A DNA stretch of 64,000 nucleotides, taken from the NCBI GenBank assembly GCA_903831455.1, contig CAIKXV010000029.1, positions 1,340 through 65,339 of the forward strand, written 5' to 3'. The notes beneath the pieces were generated by a model that searched no databases, was not told where the DNA came from, and worked only from the letters and a program-made list of their open reading frames with translations. The DNA is from an uncultured Pseudomonadota bacterium. GTDB taxonomy: Bacteria > Pseudomonadota > Gammaproteobacteria > Burkholderiales > CAIKXV01. The position numbers were made by a program, and so were the translations under genes. Positions 11,485-24,262 of this stretch are shown piece after piece (position 1 is the stretch's first letter; every line of letters starts with the position of its first letter).

Positions 11485-13578
11485 ATGACCGATACCGGCC
11501 CGCTGCCCACCCAGATCGGCAAGTTCCAGGTGCACGGCCTGCTCGGCCGCGGCGGCATGGGGACCGTCTACTCCGCGTTCGACCCGACCATCCAGCGCCC
11601 GGTCGCCGTGAAGGCACTGATCAAGCACGCGATCGAGCCCACCCAGGTCCTCAACGTGCTCGACCGCTTCAAGCGCGAGGCGCAGGCGGCCGGACGGCTC
11701 GCCCACCCGAACATCGTCCAGGTGTACGACTACGGCGAGGATGACGACCTCGCGTGGATCGCCATGGAACTGGTGCCCGGGAAGTCGCTGCACCAGCGGC
11801 TGATCGAGCGCCGCCGGATCGACCTTCGGCTCACCGGCTCGGTGATCGGCCAGTTGCTGCTGGCCCTCGACCACGCACACCGGCACGGCATCATCCACCA
11901 GGACATCAAGCCCGCGAACATCCTCGTGGCGAACGATGGCCGGGTGAAGGTGACCGACTTCGGCATCGCCCACCTGCCCTCGACCCGCGCCCCGCTGGGC
12001 GGCGAAGCCCTGGGAACGCCCCACTACATGGCGCCCGAGTTGCTCTCCGGCGAGCCGGCCACGCCCGCCGCCGACGTGTACTCCGCCGGTGCGGTCGCCT
12101 ACGAGCTGCTCACCGGACAGCGCGCCTACTCGGGTACCACGGCCTTCGTGATGCGGCAGGTGATGGATCCGGAGGTCAACGTCCCGCCGCCGTCGCAGTC
12201 CGACCCGCGGATCGGGCGCGCGCTCGATGCCGCGGTACTGCAGGCGCTGCACAAGCGCCCGGCCGAGCGATTCCAGAGCGCGGCGCAGTTCCAGGAGGCC
12301 TTCGATGCGGCCATCGCCTCCACCCTGCGGGCCATCGGGGGAGGCAGCATCGACGACGCGCGGTCGCGCAGCGACGGCGCTCGCAACCTGTGGGCGGCAG
12401 CCCGGCTGCTGCGCGAGGCCACCGCCACCAGCGCACTGCCGACGGGCGCACTGCACACCGGCACGCTGCGCACCAGTGCCCTGCGTACCGGCGCCCTCGC
12501 CACCGGCGCGCTGCACACCGGCGCACTCGGACGCACCCCGGGCGTGGTCCGCACGCTGGGCCCGGTGTCGACCGCGCACAAGCCCCGCCTGCTCGCGGTC
12601 GATGACGACGAGCGCATCCTCACCGCGCTCAAGGCGCTCTTCCGCAACGAGTTCCACGTCTTCACGACCAGCGACTGCAACCTCGCGCTGCGCTTCATGG
12701 AAAAGTTCCACGTGCACGCGATCCTCAGCGACCAGCGGATGCCGCAGATGCTGGGCGTCGAGTTGCTGCGTCGCGCGAAATTCGTATCGCCCACGACGAT
12801 GCGACTGCTGCTGACCGGGTACTCCGACCTGCATGCGATCCTCAGTTCGATCAACGAGGGCGAGATCTTCCGGTTCATCAGCAAGCCGTGGAACAACAAC
12901 GACCTGCGGCAGATCGTGCACGAGGCCGTCGAGATCGGCCTCACCGTCGGCGAGCGCCGCGTCCTGCGCAGTGCCAACGCCGCCTCCAGCGAGCTGGGCC
13001 TGCTGGTGCTGGACCCGAACCACGAACTGCTGCAGCCGGTGAAGGAGTTGCTCTCCGGCGTCTGCGAGATCCAGCATGCCATCGACGCGGATGCCGCGAT
13101 GGCGGTCGTCGATCGCAGCGACATCTCCGTCATCCTGCTCGACCTCGAGCAGACCGGCTCGGAGGGCATCGCGCTGGTCAAGATGCTCAAGGCCGAGCGT
13201 CCGCGCATGCTGGCCATCGCCGTCACCAGCGCCTCGGACTCCGAGCTGATGATCGAGCTGATCAACGGCGCGCAGATATTCCGCTTCCTCAACAAGCCGG
13301 TGAACCCGCTGGTCGTACGCTCGCACCTGCTCGCGGCCCTCGATCGCGCGCAGGTCCTGCGCGAGCAGCCCGAACTGGCGCGCCTGTACAGCCCGGCGGG
13401 CACCACGCTCGGCCCCGGCGCCGACAGCCCCCCGATCGCCAAGGGTGCGGGCGCACTCACCCGGCTGATGGCCGCCGCCCCCCTCTACATGCCCCCGATG
13501 CTGCAGCCGGATGAACCTTCGGTCCCGGCCACGGAAAGTCCGGGTGGGGTCGATCCCTCCGCCACGCCGGCAACGTGA
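11485..13578 (+). CDS. Hanks-type Ser/Thr protein kinase fused to two C-terminal CheY-like receiver domains, paralog 1
   Basis: Kinase motifs: GRGGMGTVY, VAVKAL, HRHGIIHQDIKPANILV, VTDFGIA, GTPHYMAPE. REC1: RLLAVDDDE..AILSDQRMPQMLG..LLLTGYSD..FISKPW. REC2: LLVLDPNHE..VILLDLEQ..AVTSASD..FLNKPV. Confidence 0.85.
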   Translation: MTDTGPLPTQIGKFQVHGLLGRGGMGTVYSAFDPTIQRPVAVKALIKHAIEPTQVLNVLDRFKREAQAAGRLAHPNIVQVYDYGEDDDLAWIAMELVPGKSLHQRLIERRRIDLRLTGSVIGQLLLALDHAHRHGIIHQDIKPANILVANDGRVKVTDFGIAHLPSTRAPLGGEALGTPHYMAPELLSGEPATPAADVYSAGAVAYELLTGQRAYSGTTAFVMRQVMDPEVNVPPPSQSDPRIGRALDAAVLQALHKRPAERFQSAAQFQEAFDAAIASTLRAIGGGSIDDARSRSDGARNLWAAARLLREATATSALPTGALHTGTLRTSALRTGALATGALHTGALGRTPGVVRTLGPVSTAHKPRLLAVDDDERILTALKALFRNEFHVFTTSDCNLALRFMEKFHVHAILSDQRMPQMLGVELLRRAKFVSPTTMRLLLTGYSDLHAILSSINEGEIFRFISKPWNNNDLRQIVHEAVEIGLTVGERRVLRSANAASSELGLLVLDPNHELLQPVKELLSGVCEIQHAIDADAAMAVVDRSDISVILLDLEQTGSEGIALVKMLKAERPRMLAIAVTSASDSELMIELINGAQIFRFLNKPVNPLVVRSHLLAALDRAQVLREQPELARLYSPAGTTLGPGADSPPIAKGAGALTRLMAAAPLYMPPMLQPDEPSVPATESPGGVDPSATPAT
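12433..12537 (+). repeat. Seven imperfect tandem copies of a 15-bp unit (GCNCTGCNCACCGGC) encoding the pentapeptide repeat A-L-x-T-G in the kinase-receiver linker
   Basis: Read directly from the codons: ALPTG ALHTG TLRTS ALRTG ALATG ALHTG ALGRT. Confidence 0.75.
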
Positions 13579-15532
13579 ACCTCGCGATCGACTCTCCAGG
13601 CGCGGCATCGGCATCCGCGTCCGCGGCCCGGATGCCGGACGCAGCCGGGACACCCGCCGCGCCCGCCGCCACCCGCATCCCCGTCGGACAGCCGATCGTG
13701 CCGAAGCCGCGGGTCGTCGCCTACGTATTCGTCGCGGTCGCCCTGGTCGGGTACGCAGGCCTGCTGGCATGGCACACCCGCCCCGCGGACGAACTCAGCC
13801 GGGCCGCAGTCAGCGCGACGCTGCAGACGCTGGCCGAACTCGACGGGCGCATCGACGCCGCGGTGCTCGCTGCACGCGTGGATCCCTCGACGGCGCTACG
13901 CGCCGAGTCCACGCTGCTCGCCGCGCTGGAGTCGGCGCTCGCCACCCTGGCCCGGGAAGGGCAGCGGATCGACAGCCCCGTGCTCGGCAGCGCACTGCCG
14001 GAGGTGACCTCAGCCTTCGAGGACAAGCTCGCGCGCGCCCGCCGCATCGTGCGCGATGCCGACCAGCTCGGACGCACGCTGCAGCAGGCGCTGGAAGGTC
14101 TCGAGTCAGCCTCGAGCGTGGCGCCACGCCGCCGCGGCGAGGGCGATGCCGGCCAGGCGAACGCCCGGGCCACGGCCGAACTGCTCGCATGGTGGTCACC
14201 CGGCGGGGACGCCCGCGCCTCGACGCTCGCCGCCGCGCTGGCGGCGCTGCCCGCCGCCGCGCCGGCACGCGAAGCGGTGGCTCGGCTGGCCGAAGCCCGC
14301 GCGCCGCTGGATCGCGAGATCCAGCGCTATGCGCTCGCCACCGCCGGGCCCCGGCTCGCCGCACTGGCGTCCGCGTTTTCCGTCGAAGGGCTCTCGCTGA
14401 TCGAGCGATCGCAACTGTTTCGCACCTACCTGCTGTTCTACGCCTCGGCCCTGCTGGTGCTGCTCGGATGGATCGGCGTGCGCCTGGTCTCCAGCTGGAG
14501 GGTCATCGGGCGGATGAACCTGCAGCTGCGCGAGTCGAACGAGACCCTCGAGCAGAAGGTCGCGATGCGTACCCGCGAACTGTCCGACGCGCTCGACCAC
14601 CTGAAGTCCTCCGAGGCGCAGCTGGTGCAATCGGAGAAGATGTCGTCGCTGGGGGTCATGGTCGCGGGCATCGCGCACGAGATCAACACCCCGGTCGCCT
14701 ACGTCAAGAGCAGCCTGGGCAGCATCGATGGGCAGCTGCGCGCACTGCGCAGGGTCAACCTCGAGGCGGAGCGGCTGCTCGCGCTCCTCGACCGCGGCGA
14801 CGCCAGCGACTCCGCGCTCGATGCGCAGCTCGGCGCGTTGTCCAACGCGCTGGGCGAGGCGGGCGGCAGCGGCAGCGTGACCGAGCTGCGCAAGCTGCTG
14901 CGCGACGGCCAGTACGGCATCGACCAGATCGGTCGCATCATCGGGCACCTGCGCGACTTCAGTCGCCTCGACCGCGGAGAAGTGGCCGCCTTCGACCTGC
15001 ACGAAGCCATCGAGAGCACGCTGCTGCTCGCGCGACCCGCCCTGCGCGGCATCGATGTCGAGCGCCGATTCTTCGCCGAAGCCACGCTGGTCGCCTCCGC
15101 CTCCAAGATCAACCAGGTGCTGCTCAACCTGATCACCAACGCGGCCCAGGCGATGGCGCCGGGAGGCGGCACGCTCACCCTGTCCACGCGCAACGACGAG
15201 ACGGATCTCGTGCTGGAGGTCATCGACACCGGCTGTGGGATCGCACCCGACGTGCTGCCACGGATCTTCGATCCGTTCTTCACCACCAAGCCCGTGGGCG
15301 ATGGCACCGGGCTGGGCCTGTCGATCTCCTACAAGATCATCGCGGAGCATGGCGGTCGCATCGAGGTGGATTCGACCCCGGGCCGGGGATCCACCTTCCG
15401 CGTCCGCCTGCCTCGCCAGCGCGAGAACCGCCGCCCGTCGCCCGTGGGTTCCAGGAAAAGCGCGGCCGCTCCAGCCCCGGCCGGCGCCGACGGGCGCCCG
15501 GCTGTCCACCCGACCGCGGAGGAAGCCGCCCG

Positions 15533-15536
<4 letters not shown>
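13575..15536 (+). CDS. Membrane sensor histidine kinase, paralog 2 (same architecture as 9489-11459)
   Basis: H-box SEKMSSLGVMVAGIAHEINTPVAYV; LNLITNAAQAM; VIDTGCGI; FDPFFTTK; GTGLGLSISYKII. TM segments VVAYVFVAVALVGYAGLLAW and YLLFYASALLVLLGWIGVRLV. GTG 13575 overlaps the upstream stop (GTGA). ATG 13632 is an alternative start. Confidence 0.85.
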
Positions 15537-17707
<2,171 letters not shown>

Positions 17708-17722
17708 TCGAGGCGGGCCGGG

Positions 17723-18646
17723 TCAGGATCCGGCCAGCCAGTCGCGTGCGGTCAGGTAGTGCTCGAGCAGGCGTGCCTCCTCGCTCCCCGGCGCAGGGCG
17801 ATGGTCATAGCGCCACTCCACCCGCGGAGGCATCGACATCAGGATCGACTCGGTGCGTCCCCCGCTCTGCAGTCCGAACAGCGTCCCGCGGTCGAACACG
17901 AGATTGAACTCGACGTAGCGACCGCGCCGGATCGCCTGCCATGCGCGCTCGCGTTCGCCGTAGGCCGTCGCGCGGCGCCGCTCGACGATGGGTATGTAGG
18001 CCTCGAGGAAATGCTCGCCCACCGAACGGGTCAGCGCGAACGCCGAGGGAAAATCCGGCTCGCTCAGGTCGTCGAAGAAGATGCCGCCGACTCCGCGCGG
18101 CTCGTCGCGGTGCCGCAGGAAGAAATAGCGGTCGCACCAGGCCTTGTATTCGGCATGCCGCCCGCGACCGTGCGCGTCGAGCGCATCCCGGCAGGTCGCG
18201 TGGAAGTGGACCGCGTCCTCGTCGTAACCGTAATACGGCGTGAGATCCATGCCGCCGCCGAACCACCACACCGGCACGCCGGACTCGCCGGCCGGCACGC
18301 GGGCGATGAAGAAGCGCACGTTCATGTGGACGGTCGGAACGTACGGGTTGCGCGGGTGCAGCACCAGCGACACGCCCATCGCCTCGAAGCCGCGCCCGGC
18401 CAGTTCGGGACGCCCGGCACTCGCCGACGGGGGCAGGCGATCGCCCACGACATGGGAGAAGTTCACGCCACCGCGCTCGAACAGGCCGCCGTCCTCGAGC
18501 ACGCAGGACATCCCGCCACCGCCCGCAGGACGCTCCCACGTATCGCGACGGAACGCCGATCCGTCCACGCGCTCGAGCGTGCCCACGATGTCCTGCTGCA
18601 GTCCGGTCAGGAACCGGCGCACTTCGCCGGCGTCAATGTCGCTCAT
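17723..18646 (-). CDS. hemF: Oxygen-dependent coproporphyrinogen III oxidase
   Basis: [71 protein letters not shown] is the HemF signature. Confidence 0.95.
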   Translation of the reverse strand: MSDIDAGEVRRFLTGLQQDIVGTLERVDGSAFRRDTWERPAGGGGMSCVLEDGGLFERGGVNFSHVVGDRLPPSASAGRPELAGRGFEAMGVSLVLHPRNPYVPTVHMNVRFFIARVPAGESGVPVWWFGGGMDLTPYYGYDEDAVHFHATCRDALDAHGRGRHAEYKAWCDRYFFLRHRDEPRGVGGIFFDDLSEPDFPSAFALTRSVGEHFLEAYIPIVERRRATAYGERERAWQAIRRGRYVEFNLVFDRGTLFGLQSGGRTESILMSMPPRVEWRYDHRPAPGSEEARLLEHYLTARDWLAGS

Positions 18647-18683
18647 CGGTTTCCAGTCTCCCTGCCAGTCCGCTCCGCCCGCA

Positions 18684-19961
18684 TCAATGCGCCGATCGGC
18701 CCGTCGCCCGGTGGCCGATGTCGCGTCGCCACTGCGCACCGTTGAACCGGATCGCCTCGACTCCCGCATAGGCGGCCTGCTGCGCCGAGCGCACGGTGTC
18801 GCCCAGGGCGGTGACGCACAGCACGCGTCCCCCGGCCGTGACCACCTTGCCCTCGCGCAACGCAGTGCCCGCGTGGAACACATGCCGGTCGTTCGTGGGA
18901 GGCGGCAGCCCGGTGATCGCATCCCCGCTGCGCGGCGAGTCGGGATAGCCCGCGGCGGCCATGACCACGCCGACGGCCACGCGGCGATCCCAGGCGGCCT
19001 CCGCCTGATCAAGCCGGCCGTCGATCGCCGCTTCGATCAGGTCGGCCAGGTCGGATTTCAGCCGCATCATGATCGGCTGGGTCTCCGGATCACCGAGGCG
19101 GCAGTTGAACTCGAGCACCGAGGGCGTGCCGTCGGGCGCGATCATCAGGCCCGCATAGAGGAACCCGCTGAAGGGCGTGCCCTCGGCTGCGAGGCCGGCA
19201 ATCGCCGGGTGGATCACCTCGCGCATCACCCGGGCATGCAGCGCCGGGGTCACGACCGGGGCGGGCGAGTAGGCTCCCATCCCCCCGGTGTTGGGTCCGC
19301 GGTCGCCGTCGAGCAGGCGCTTGTGGTCCTGGCTGCTCGCCAGCGCCAGCGTCGCGCGCCCGTCGCTCATCACGATGAAGCTCGCCTCCTCGCCGGCGAG
19401 GAAACCCTCGATCACGACCCGGGCGCCGGCATGTCCCAGCGAGCGCCCGACCAGGAAACGATCGACCGCGGCGTGCGCATCCTGCACGTCCGTGGCAACC
19501 ACCACCCCCTTGCCGGCGGCCAGTCCGTCGGCCTTGACGACGATCGGCGCGCCGACGCCGTCGAGATACCGATGCGCTGCCGCCGGTTCGTCGAACACCG
19601 CGTAGGGCGCGGTGGGGATGTGGTGGCGAAGCATGAACGACTTGGCGAACTCCTTGGAACTCTCCAGGCGCGCCGCCGCCGCCGTCGGCCCGAAGATGCG
19701 CAGGCCTGCGGCACGGAATGCGTCGACGACGCCTGCGGCCAGCGGCGCTTCCGGCCCGACGACGGTGAACGCGATGCCCTGGGTCCGGGCGAAGTCGACC
19801 TGGTGTTCGATCGAGGGAAGGTCGACGTTGACCACGCCCTCCTCGACGCCCGTCCCGGCGTTACCGGGCGCGACATAGACGCACTGGACCCGGGGCGAAC
19901 GGGCCAGCTTCCAGGCGATCGCGTGTTCGCGACCTCCTCCCCCGATGACCAGCAGCTTCAT
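18684..19961 (-). CDS. purD: Phosphoribosylamine-glycine ligase
   Basis: [25 protein letters not shown].., an ATP-grasp core, and the length (425 aa) are typical of PurD. Confidence 0.95.
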   Translation of the reverse strand: MKLLVIGGGGREHAIAWKLARSPRVQCVYVAPGNAGTGVEEGVVNVDLPSIEHQVDFARTQGIAFTVVGPEAPLAAGVVDAFRAAGLRIFGPTAAAARLESSKEFAKSFMLRHHIPTAPYAVFDEPAAAHRYLDGVGAPIVVKADGLAAGKGVVVATDVQDAHAAVDRFLVGRSLGHAGARVVIEGFLAGEEASFIVMSDGRATLALASSQDHKRLLDGDRGPNTGGMGAYSPAPVVTPALHARVMREVIHPAIAGLAAEGTPFSGFLYAGLMIAPDGTPSVLEFNCRLGDPETQPIMMRLKSDLADLIEAAIDGRLDQAEAAWDRRVAVGVVMAAAGYPDSPRSGDAITGLPPPTNDRHVFHAGTALREGKVVTAGGRVLCVTALGDTVRSAQQAAYAGVEAIRFNGAQWRRDIGHRATGRSAH

Positions 19962-20051
19962 CGATCCTCTCCTGGGCGGTCGGCGGCGGAGTGCGGCGCT
20001 CCGCGCGGACCATGATGCATCGTAGCAGGTCGCGACGGCGGGCCCGTGACC

Positions 20052-21653
20052 TCAGTGGCGGAAGTGGCGAACGCCGGTGAACAGCATCGCCACCGATCGT
20101 TCGTCGGCCGCAGCGACCACCTCGGCGTCGCGTACGCTGCCGCCGGGTTGGACCACGGCCCGGGCGCCCGCCTCGGCGAGAGCTTCGAGCCCGTCGCGGA
20201 ACGGAAAGAACGCGTCCGACGCCACGCAGGAGCCCTGCAGGTCCAGTCCGGCCTCGCCCGCCTTGATGCGCGCGATGCGCACGCTGTCGATCCGGCTCAT
20301 CTGGCCGGCGCCGATCCCCAGCGTCTGGCCGTCGCGCACGAACACGATCGCATTCGACTTGACGTGGCGCACCACCCGCCAGGCGAAGGCGAGGTCGCGG
20401 CGCTGGGATGCATCCGGCTCCGAGCGCGTCACCAGGCGCGCGGCCGCGATCTCGTCGGCGCCGCCATCGGCCTGCTGCGCGAGCAGCCCGCCACCGACGC
20501 GCGCGAGCGAAAGCCGGTTCCGCGCCCTGCCCTCGCCGGTTTCGAGCACGCGCAGTCCCGGGCGGGAGGCGAACACCGCGAGCGCCTCCGCGCTGATGGC
20601 GGGTGCGATCACCACCTCGGCGAACTGGCCGCAGACCGCGCGTGCGCAGTGCTCGTCGATCGCGGCGCTGAAGGCGATGATGCCGCCGAACGCCGAGGTC
20701 GGATCGGTCGCGAAGGCTCGGCGATAGGCCTGCTCGGCGTCGGTCGCCAGCGCAACACCACAGGGGTTCGCATGCTTGACGATCACGCATGCGACCGCAT
20801 CGAAGCCGGCGTCGCCGAGGTCGCGCGCGCACTCCCACGCGGCATCGGCATCCGCGATGTTGTTGTACGACAGTTCCTTGCCCTGGAGCTGGCGGGCACC
20901 GGCGATGGTGCCGGCCACCGCCGCCGCGGGTCCGGCGTCGCGGTAGAACGCCGCGGACTGGTGGGGGTTCTCCCCGTAGCGCAACGTCGCCAGGCGCGTG
21001 AAGGTGAGGTCGAGCTGCCCGGGCCACGCATCCGCAGGTGGTGGTACCTGGCCTCCGGATGCCTCGACCCGACCCAGCCAGCCGCTGATCGCCGCGTCGT
21101 AGGCGGCTGTATGGGCATAGGCCTTGCGCGCGAGCGCGAAGCGCGTCGAGGCATCGGTCGAGCCGTCGCGCTCGATCTGTTCCGCCACCCGCGCGTAGTC
21201 GTCCGGATCGGTCAGGATGGCCACGTACGGGTAGTTCTTGGCGGCCGCGCGAATCAGCGCCGGGCCCCCGATGTCGATGTTCTCGATCGCCTGGTCGAGG
21301 CAGACGTCGGGTCGCGCCACCGTTTCGCGGAACGGATACAGGTTGACCACGACCAGCGATATCGGACGGATGCCGGCCGCGTCGATGGCCGAGCGGTGCG
21401 AGGGAAGATCCGGGCGCGCGAGGATCGCGCCGTGCACCATCGGATGCAGCGTCTTGACCCGGCCGTCGAGCATCTCGGGAAAGCCGGTGAGCGCCGACAC
21501 CTCGATGACCGGAAGGCCCGCCTCGCGCAAATGCGCGGCGGTACCGCCGGTGGAGACCAGTTCCCATCCCGCCGCGACCAGGCGGCGCGCGAGCTCTGCG
21601 ACGCCGCGCCGGTCGGAGACCGACAGCAGGGCCCGACGCGCGGTATCGCTCAC
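20052..21653 (-). CDS. purH: Bifunctional AICAR transformylase / IMP cyclohydrolase
   Basis: VSDTARRALLSVSDRRGVAELARRLVAAGWELVSTGGTA..LDGRVKTLHPMVHGAIL is PurH-like. GTG 21653 overlaps the fis stop (GTGA). Confidence 0.95.
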   Translation of the reverse strand: MSDTARRALLSVSDRRGVAELARRLVAAGWELVSTGGTAAHLREAGLPVIEVSALTGFPEMLDGRVKTLHPMVHGAILARPDLPSHRSAIDAAGIRPISLVVVNLYPFRETVARPDVCLDQAIENIDIGGPALIRAAAKNYPYVAILTDPDDYARVAEQIERDGSTDASTRFALARKAYAHTAAYDAAISGWLGRVEASGGQVPPPADAWPGQLDLTFTRLATLRYGENPHQSAAFYRDAGPAAAVAGTIAGARQLQGKELSYNNIADADAAWECARDLGDAGFDAVACVIVKHANPCGVALATDAEQAYRRAFATDPTSAFGGIIAFSAAIDEHCARAVCGQFAEVVIAPAISAEALAVFASRPGLRVLETGEGRARNRLSLARVGGGLLAQQADGGADEIAAARLVTRSEPDASQRRDLAFAWRVVRHVKSNAIVFVRDGQTLGIGAGQMSRIDSVRIARIKAGEAGLDLQGSCVASDAFFPFRDGLEALAEAGARAVVQPGGSVRDAEVVAAADERSVAMLFTGVRHFRH

Positions 21654-21898
21654 TGCCGCCCCCCGTCGAGGCCGTGCTCGCGCATCTTCTTGCGCAGCGT
21701 GTTGCGGTTCAGCCCGAGGATCGCCGCCGCCCGGCTCTGGTTGCCCGACGCCCGCTCGAGCACGCTCTGCAGCATCGGCCGCTCCACGCTCTGGATGACC
21801 AGGTCGTAGAGCGCGTGGGGCTTGCCGCCGTCCAGATCGCGGAAGTACCCGTCGATGGCGCGGCGCACGCTGCGCGCGAGTTCGCTCTCTTCGCTCAT
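21650..21898 (-). CDS. fis: Fis-family nucleoid-associated DNA-binding protein
   Basis: 82 aa. The C-terminal HTH is GNQSRAAAILGLNRNTLRKKMREHGL. The conserved dusB-fis arrangement is present. Confidence 0.9.
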   Translation of the reverse strand: MSEESELARSVRRAIDGYFRDLDGGKPHALYDLVIQSVERPMLQSVLERASGNQSRAAAILGLNRNTLRKKMREHGLDGGRQ

Positions 21899-21904
21899 GG
21901 TCCT

Positions 21905-22990
21905 CTACCTGCCTGCCGGAGCCGGAGCGGATGCTCGCACGCCCCTCGCGTGATTGTTGTAGCGCGGCGGCGCGGGGTGCGCCGGCACCCGGAACGCGCC
22001 GACGCGCGCGGACTGAAGCGCGCAGAACGCGGCGACGGCCGCCACCTGCTCCTCGGCCCGGGTCGCCGCGTTCACCTGCTCGCGCAGGCGCGTCGCCTCG
22101 GTCGATGCCCCCGCCTCGCCGAGAGCGTGAAGGTACCAGCCCAGATGCTTTCGCGCGATCCGGACGCCGCTGTGCTCGCCATAGAACGCGTGCATCGCCT
22201 GAAGGTGATCGAGCACGATCGCCGACCACTCCGTCGCGCCCGGGGCTGCGGGAGCAGGCTCACCTGCCAGCGCCGCGGCGATCTCGCGGAAGATCCACGG
22301 ACGTCCGAACGCGCCTCGCCCGATCATCAGGGCGTCGGCCCCGGTCTCGCGCAGCACGGCTCGCGCCTGGTCCGGCGCGACGATGTCGCCGTTGGCAATG
22401 AGGGGTATCGAGACCGCCTCGCGCACGCGAGCGATCGTGGAATACTCGGCCTGGCCCTCGAAGGCGTCGGCCCGGGTGCGCCCGTGTACCGTCAGGGCGC
22501 GGATGCCGGCCGACTGGGCGATGCGCGCGATGGTCGGCGCATTGCGGTGCTCGCGATCCCAGCCGGTGCGGATCTTGAGCGTGACCGGCACGTCGACCGC
22601 GGCAACCACCGCTTCGAGGATGCGCGCCACCAGCGTCTCGTCGCGCAGCAGCGCGGATCCGGCCGCCACGTTGCATACCTTCTTGGCCGGGCAACCCATG
22701 TTGATGTCGATGACCTGCGCGCCACGCTCGACGTTGAAGCGCGCGGCATCGGCGAGCATCGCCGGATCGGCGCCCGCGATCTGGGCGACCACCGGCCCGG
22801 GTTCACCCGCATGGTCGGTGCGCATCAGCGTCTTCGCGCTCTCGCGCAGGCGCGGGTCCGATGCCACCATTTCGGACACGGCCATGCCCGCCCCCATGCG
22901 CCGGCACAGCGCACGGAAAGGCCGATCGGTCACCCCGGCCATCGGGGCGACGACCAGCGGGGGCGAGATCACGTGGTCACCGATGCGCAT
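21905..22990 (-). CDS. dusB: tRNA-dihydrouridine synthase B
   Basis: PPLVVAPMAGVTDRPFRALCRRMGAGMAVSEMV..IDINMGCPAKKV..TVHGRTR is the Dus family pattern. Confidence 0.95.
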   Translation of the reverse strand: MRIGDHVISPPLVVAPMAGVTDRPFRALCRRMGAGMAVSEMVASDPRLRESAKTLMRTDHAGEPGPVVAQIAGADPAMLADAARFNVERGAQVIDINMGCPAKKVCNVAAGSALLRDETLVARILEAVVAAVDVPVTLKIRTGWDREHRNAPTIARIAQSAGIRALTVHGRTRADAFEGQAEYSTIARVREAVSIPLIANGDIVAPDQARAVLRETGADALMIGRGAFGRPWIFREIAAALAGEPAPAAPGATEWSAIVLDHLQAMHAFYGEHSGVRIARKHLGWYLHALGEAGASTEATRLREQVNAATRAEEQVAAVAAFCALQSARVGAFRVPAHPAPPRYNNHARGVRASAPAPAGR

Positions 22991-23064
22991 GAACGCCAGC
23001 CTGCAGGAGGATCAGCACGCCACCGGGCGGCCGCGGTCGCGCATGCCTGTCGCGCGGGGGACGG

Positions 23065-23093
23065 ATTGTAATGATCCGCTGCCGGCGCTGCAA
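23065..23093 (-). promoter_or_regulatory. Putative sigma70 promoter of dusB-fis(-purH)
   Basis: The minus strand reads TTGCAG-17 nt-TACAAT, followed by a GC-rich discriminator (CCGTCCCCCGCGCG). It lies about 70 nt upstream of the dusB ATG. Confidence 0.45.
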
Positions 23094-23112
23094 AACCGAT
23101 CGACGGTGGCCG

Positions 23113-24255
23113 TCAGGCGCCGAACACCAGCGTCGAGAGCACCTGCCGCCGAACCGCGGGCACGGCGTCGAGTGCCGCGATGCCCAGCCCGCGCGCCACG
23201 CGCATCGGCAGCCAGTCGACGGCCGTCAGGCGCGCCAGCGCATCGGTGGCGCCGATCGTGAGGCTGCGGTCGAGCCGGCGGCCGTCGAGGCGCCGGGCGA
23301 CATGCCGCTGCTCGGAGGTCGCATCGGCGGTGGCCGGCCAGTCGCGTGCGATCGCCCAGGCGTCGCGCAACCCGAGGTTGAGCCCCTGCCCGGCCACCGG
23401 ATGCAGCGCCTGCGAGGCGTTGCCGATGGGCACCACGCGGCTGCCGGGCGCGGTGCGGGTGCGCGCCAGTGAAAGTGGAACCGCCGCGGGTGGCTCCCGC
23501 CAGCGGCAACTGCCTGCCACGGCGCCGGCGGCCTGCGTCAGCGCGCGCGACTGCTGGTCGATCGAGCCGAGCAGCATCGCGCTCGCATCGGCCTGCGGCA
23601 TCACCCACACGCAGGCATGGCGCCCGGCGCGCGGCAGCAGCGCCAGCGGACCGCGGCCCGCGAAGCGTTCGCAGGCCGTACCCGGCGCAAGATCCGCGCA
23701 GTCGACGTCGCCGACCAGCGCCACCTGTCGATACGGGTGCGCGGTACGCTGCAGGACGCCCCCCCCGTCGACACCCTCGGCGCCGTCGGCCAGCAGCACC
23801 CATGCGGCCTGCCATGCGCCGGCGGGGCCGCTGACCCGCGCGCCGTCGCCCAGCGGCGCGAGGGCCTCCACGCGCGCCTCGTGGACGACCTCGACCGATG
23901 CGGCGTCCAGGGCCTGCGCGCACGAGCGGGCCAGATCGGCATAGTCGACCACATGGCCCAGCGCGGGCACTCCGAGTTCGCGCGCCGACAGTTCCATCGT
24001 GCCGAACATCCCGCGCTCGGAGACCACGACCCGGTCGATCGGATCGGCGCGGGCAACCCCCGGCCATACGCCGCATCGCTCCAGCACGAGGCGACTGCCC
24101 CAGGACAGCGCCAGCGACCGTCGATCGTGGCGCCACGCCCCGCGCGGGCGGGCGTCGAGCAGCATCACCGGCACGCCGGCGGCCGCCAGCGCGAGGCCGG
24201 CAACCGCGCCGACCGGGCCGGCGCCCACGACGATGACCCGCGGCGATACGCTCAC
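23113..24255 (-). CDS. ubiH: FAD-dependent ubiquinone-biosynthesis hydroxylase (UbiH/UbiF/VisC family)
   Basis: The N-terminal dinucleotide fold is VIVVGAGPVGAVAGLALAAAGVPVMLLD. A GNASQALHPVAGQGLNLGLRDA motif is present. It sits directly downstream of pepP, as in enterobacteria. The start is GTG. Confidence 0.8.
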   Translation of the reverse strand: MSVSPRVIVVGAGPVGAVAGLALAAAGVPVMLLDARPRGAWRHDRRSLALSWGSRLVLERCGVWPGVARADPIDRVVVSERGMFGTMELSARELGVPALGHVVDYADLARSCAQALDAASVEVVHEARVEALAPLGDGARVSGPAGAWQAAWVLLADGAEGVDGGGVLQRTAHPYRQVALVGDVDCADLAPGTACERFAGRGPLALLPRAGRHACVWVMPQADASAMLLGSIDQQSRALTQAAGAVAGSCRWREPPAAVPLSLARTRTAPGSRVVPIGNASQALHPVAGQGLNLGLRDAWAIARDWPATADATSEQRHVARRLDGRRLDRSLTIGATDALARLTAVDWLPMRVARGLGIAALDAVPAVRRQVLSTLVFGA

Positions 24256-24262
24256 GATTCGC

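Noticed and set aside
13511-15532. The upstream two-thirds of the 1398-aa ORF 13511-17707.
   Set aside because: It is out of frame relative to, and fully overlaps, the well-supported histidine kinase gene (13575-15536). Its sequence is Arg/Pro/Gly-rich. The kinase domain begins right after ATG 15533, which overlaps the HK stop.
21640-21700. ZTP (pfl) riboswitch, often found upstream of purH in beta-proteobacteria.
   Set aside because: The purH start codon overlaps the fis stop (GTGA), so there is no untranslated leader in which a riboswitch could sit.
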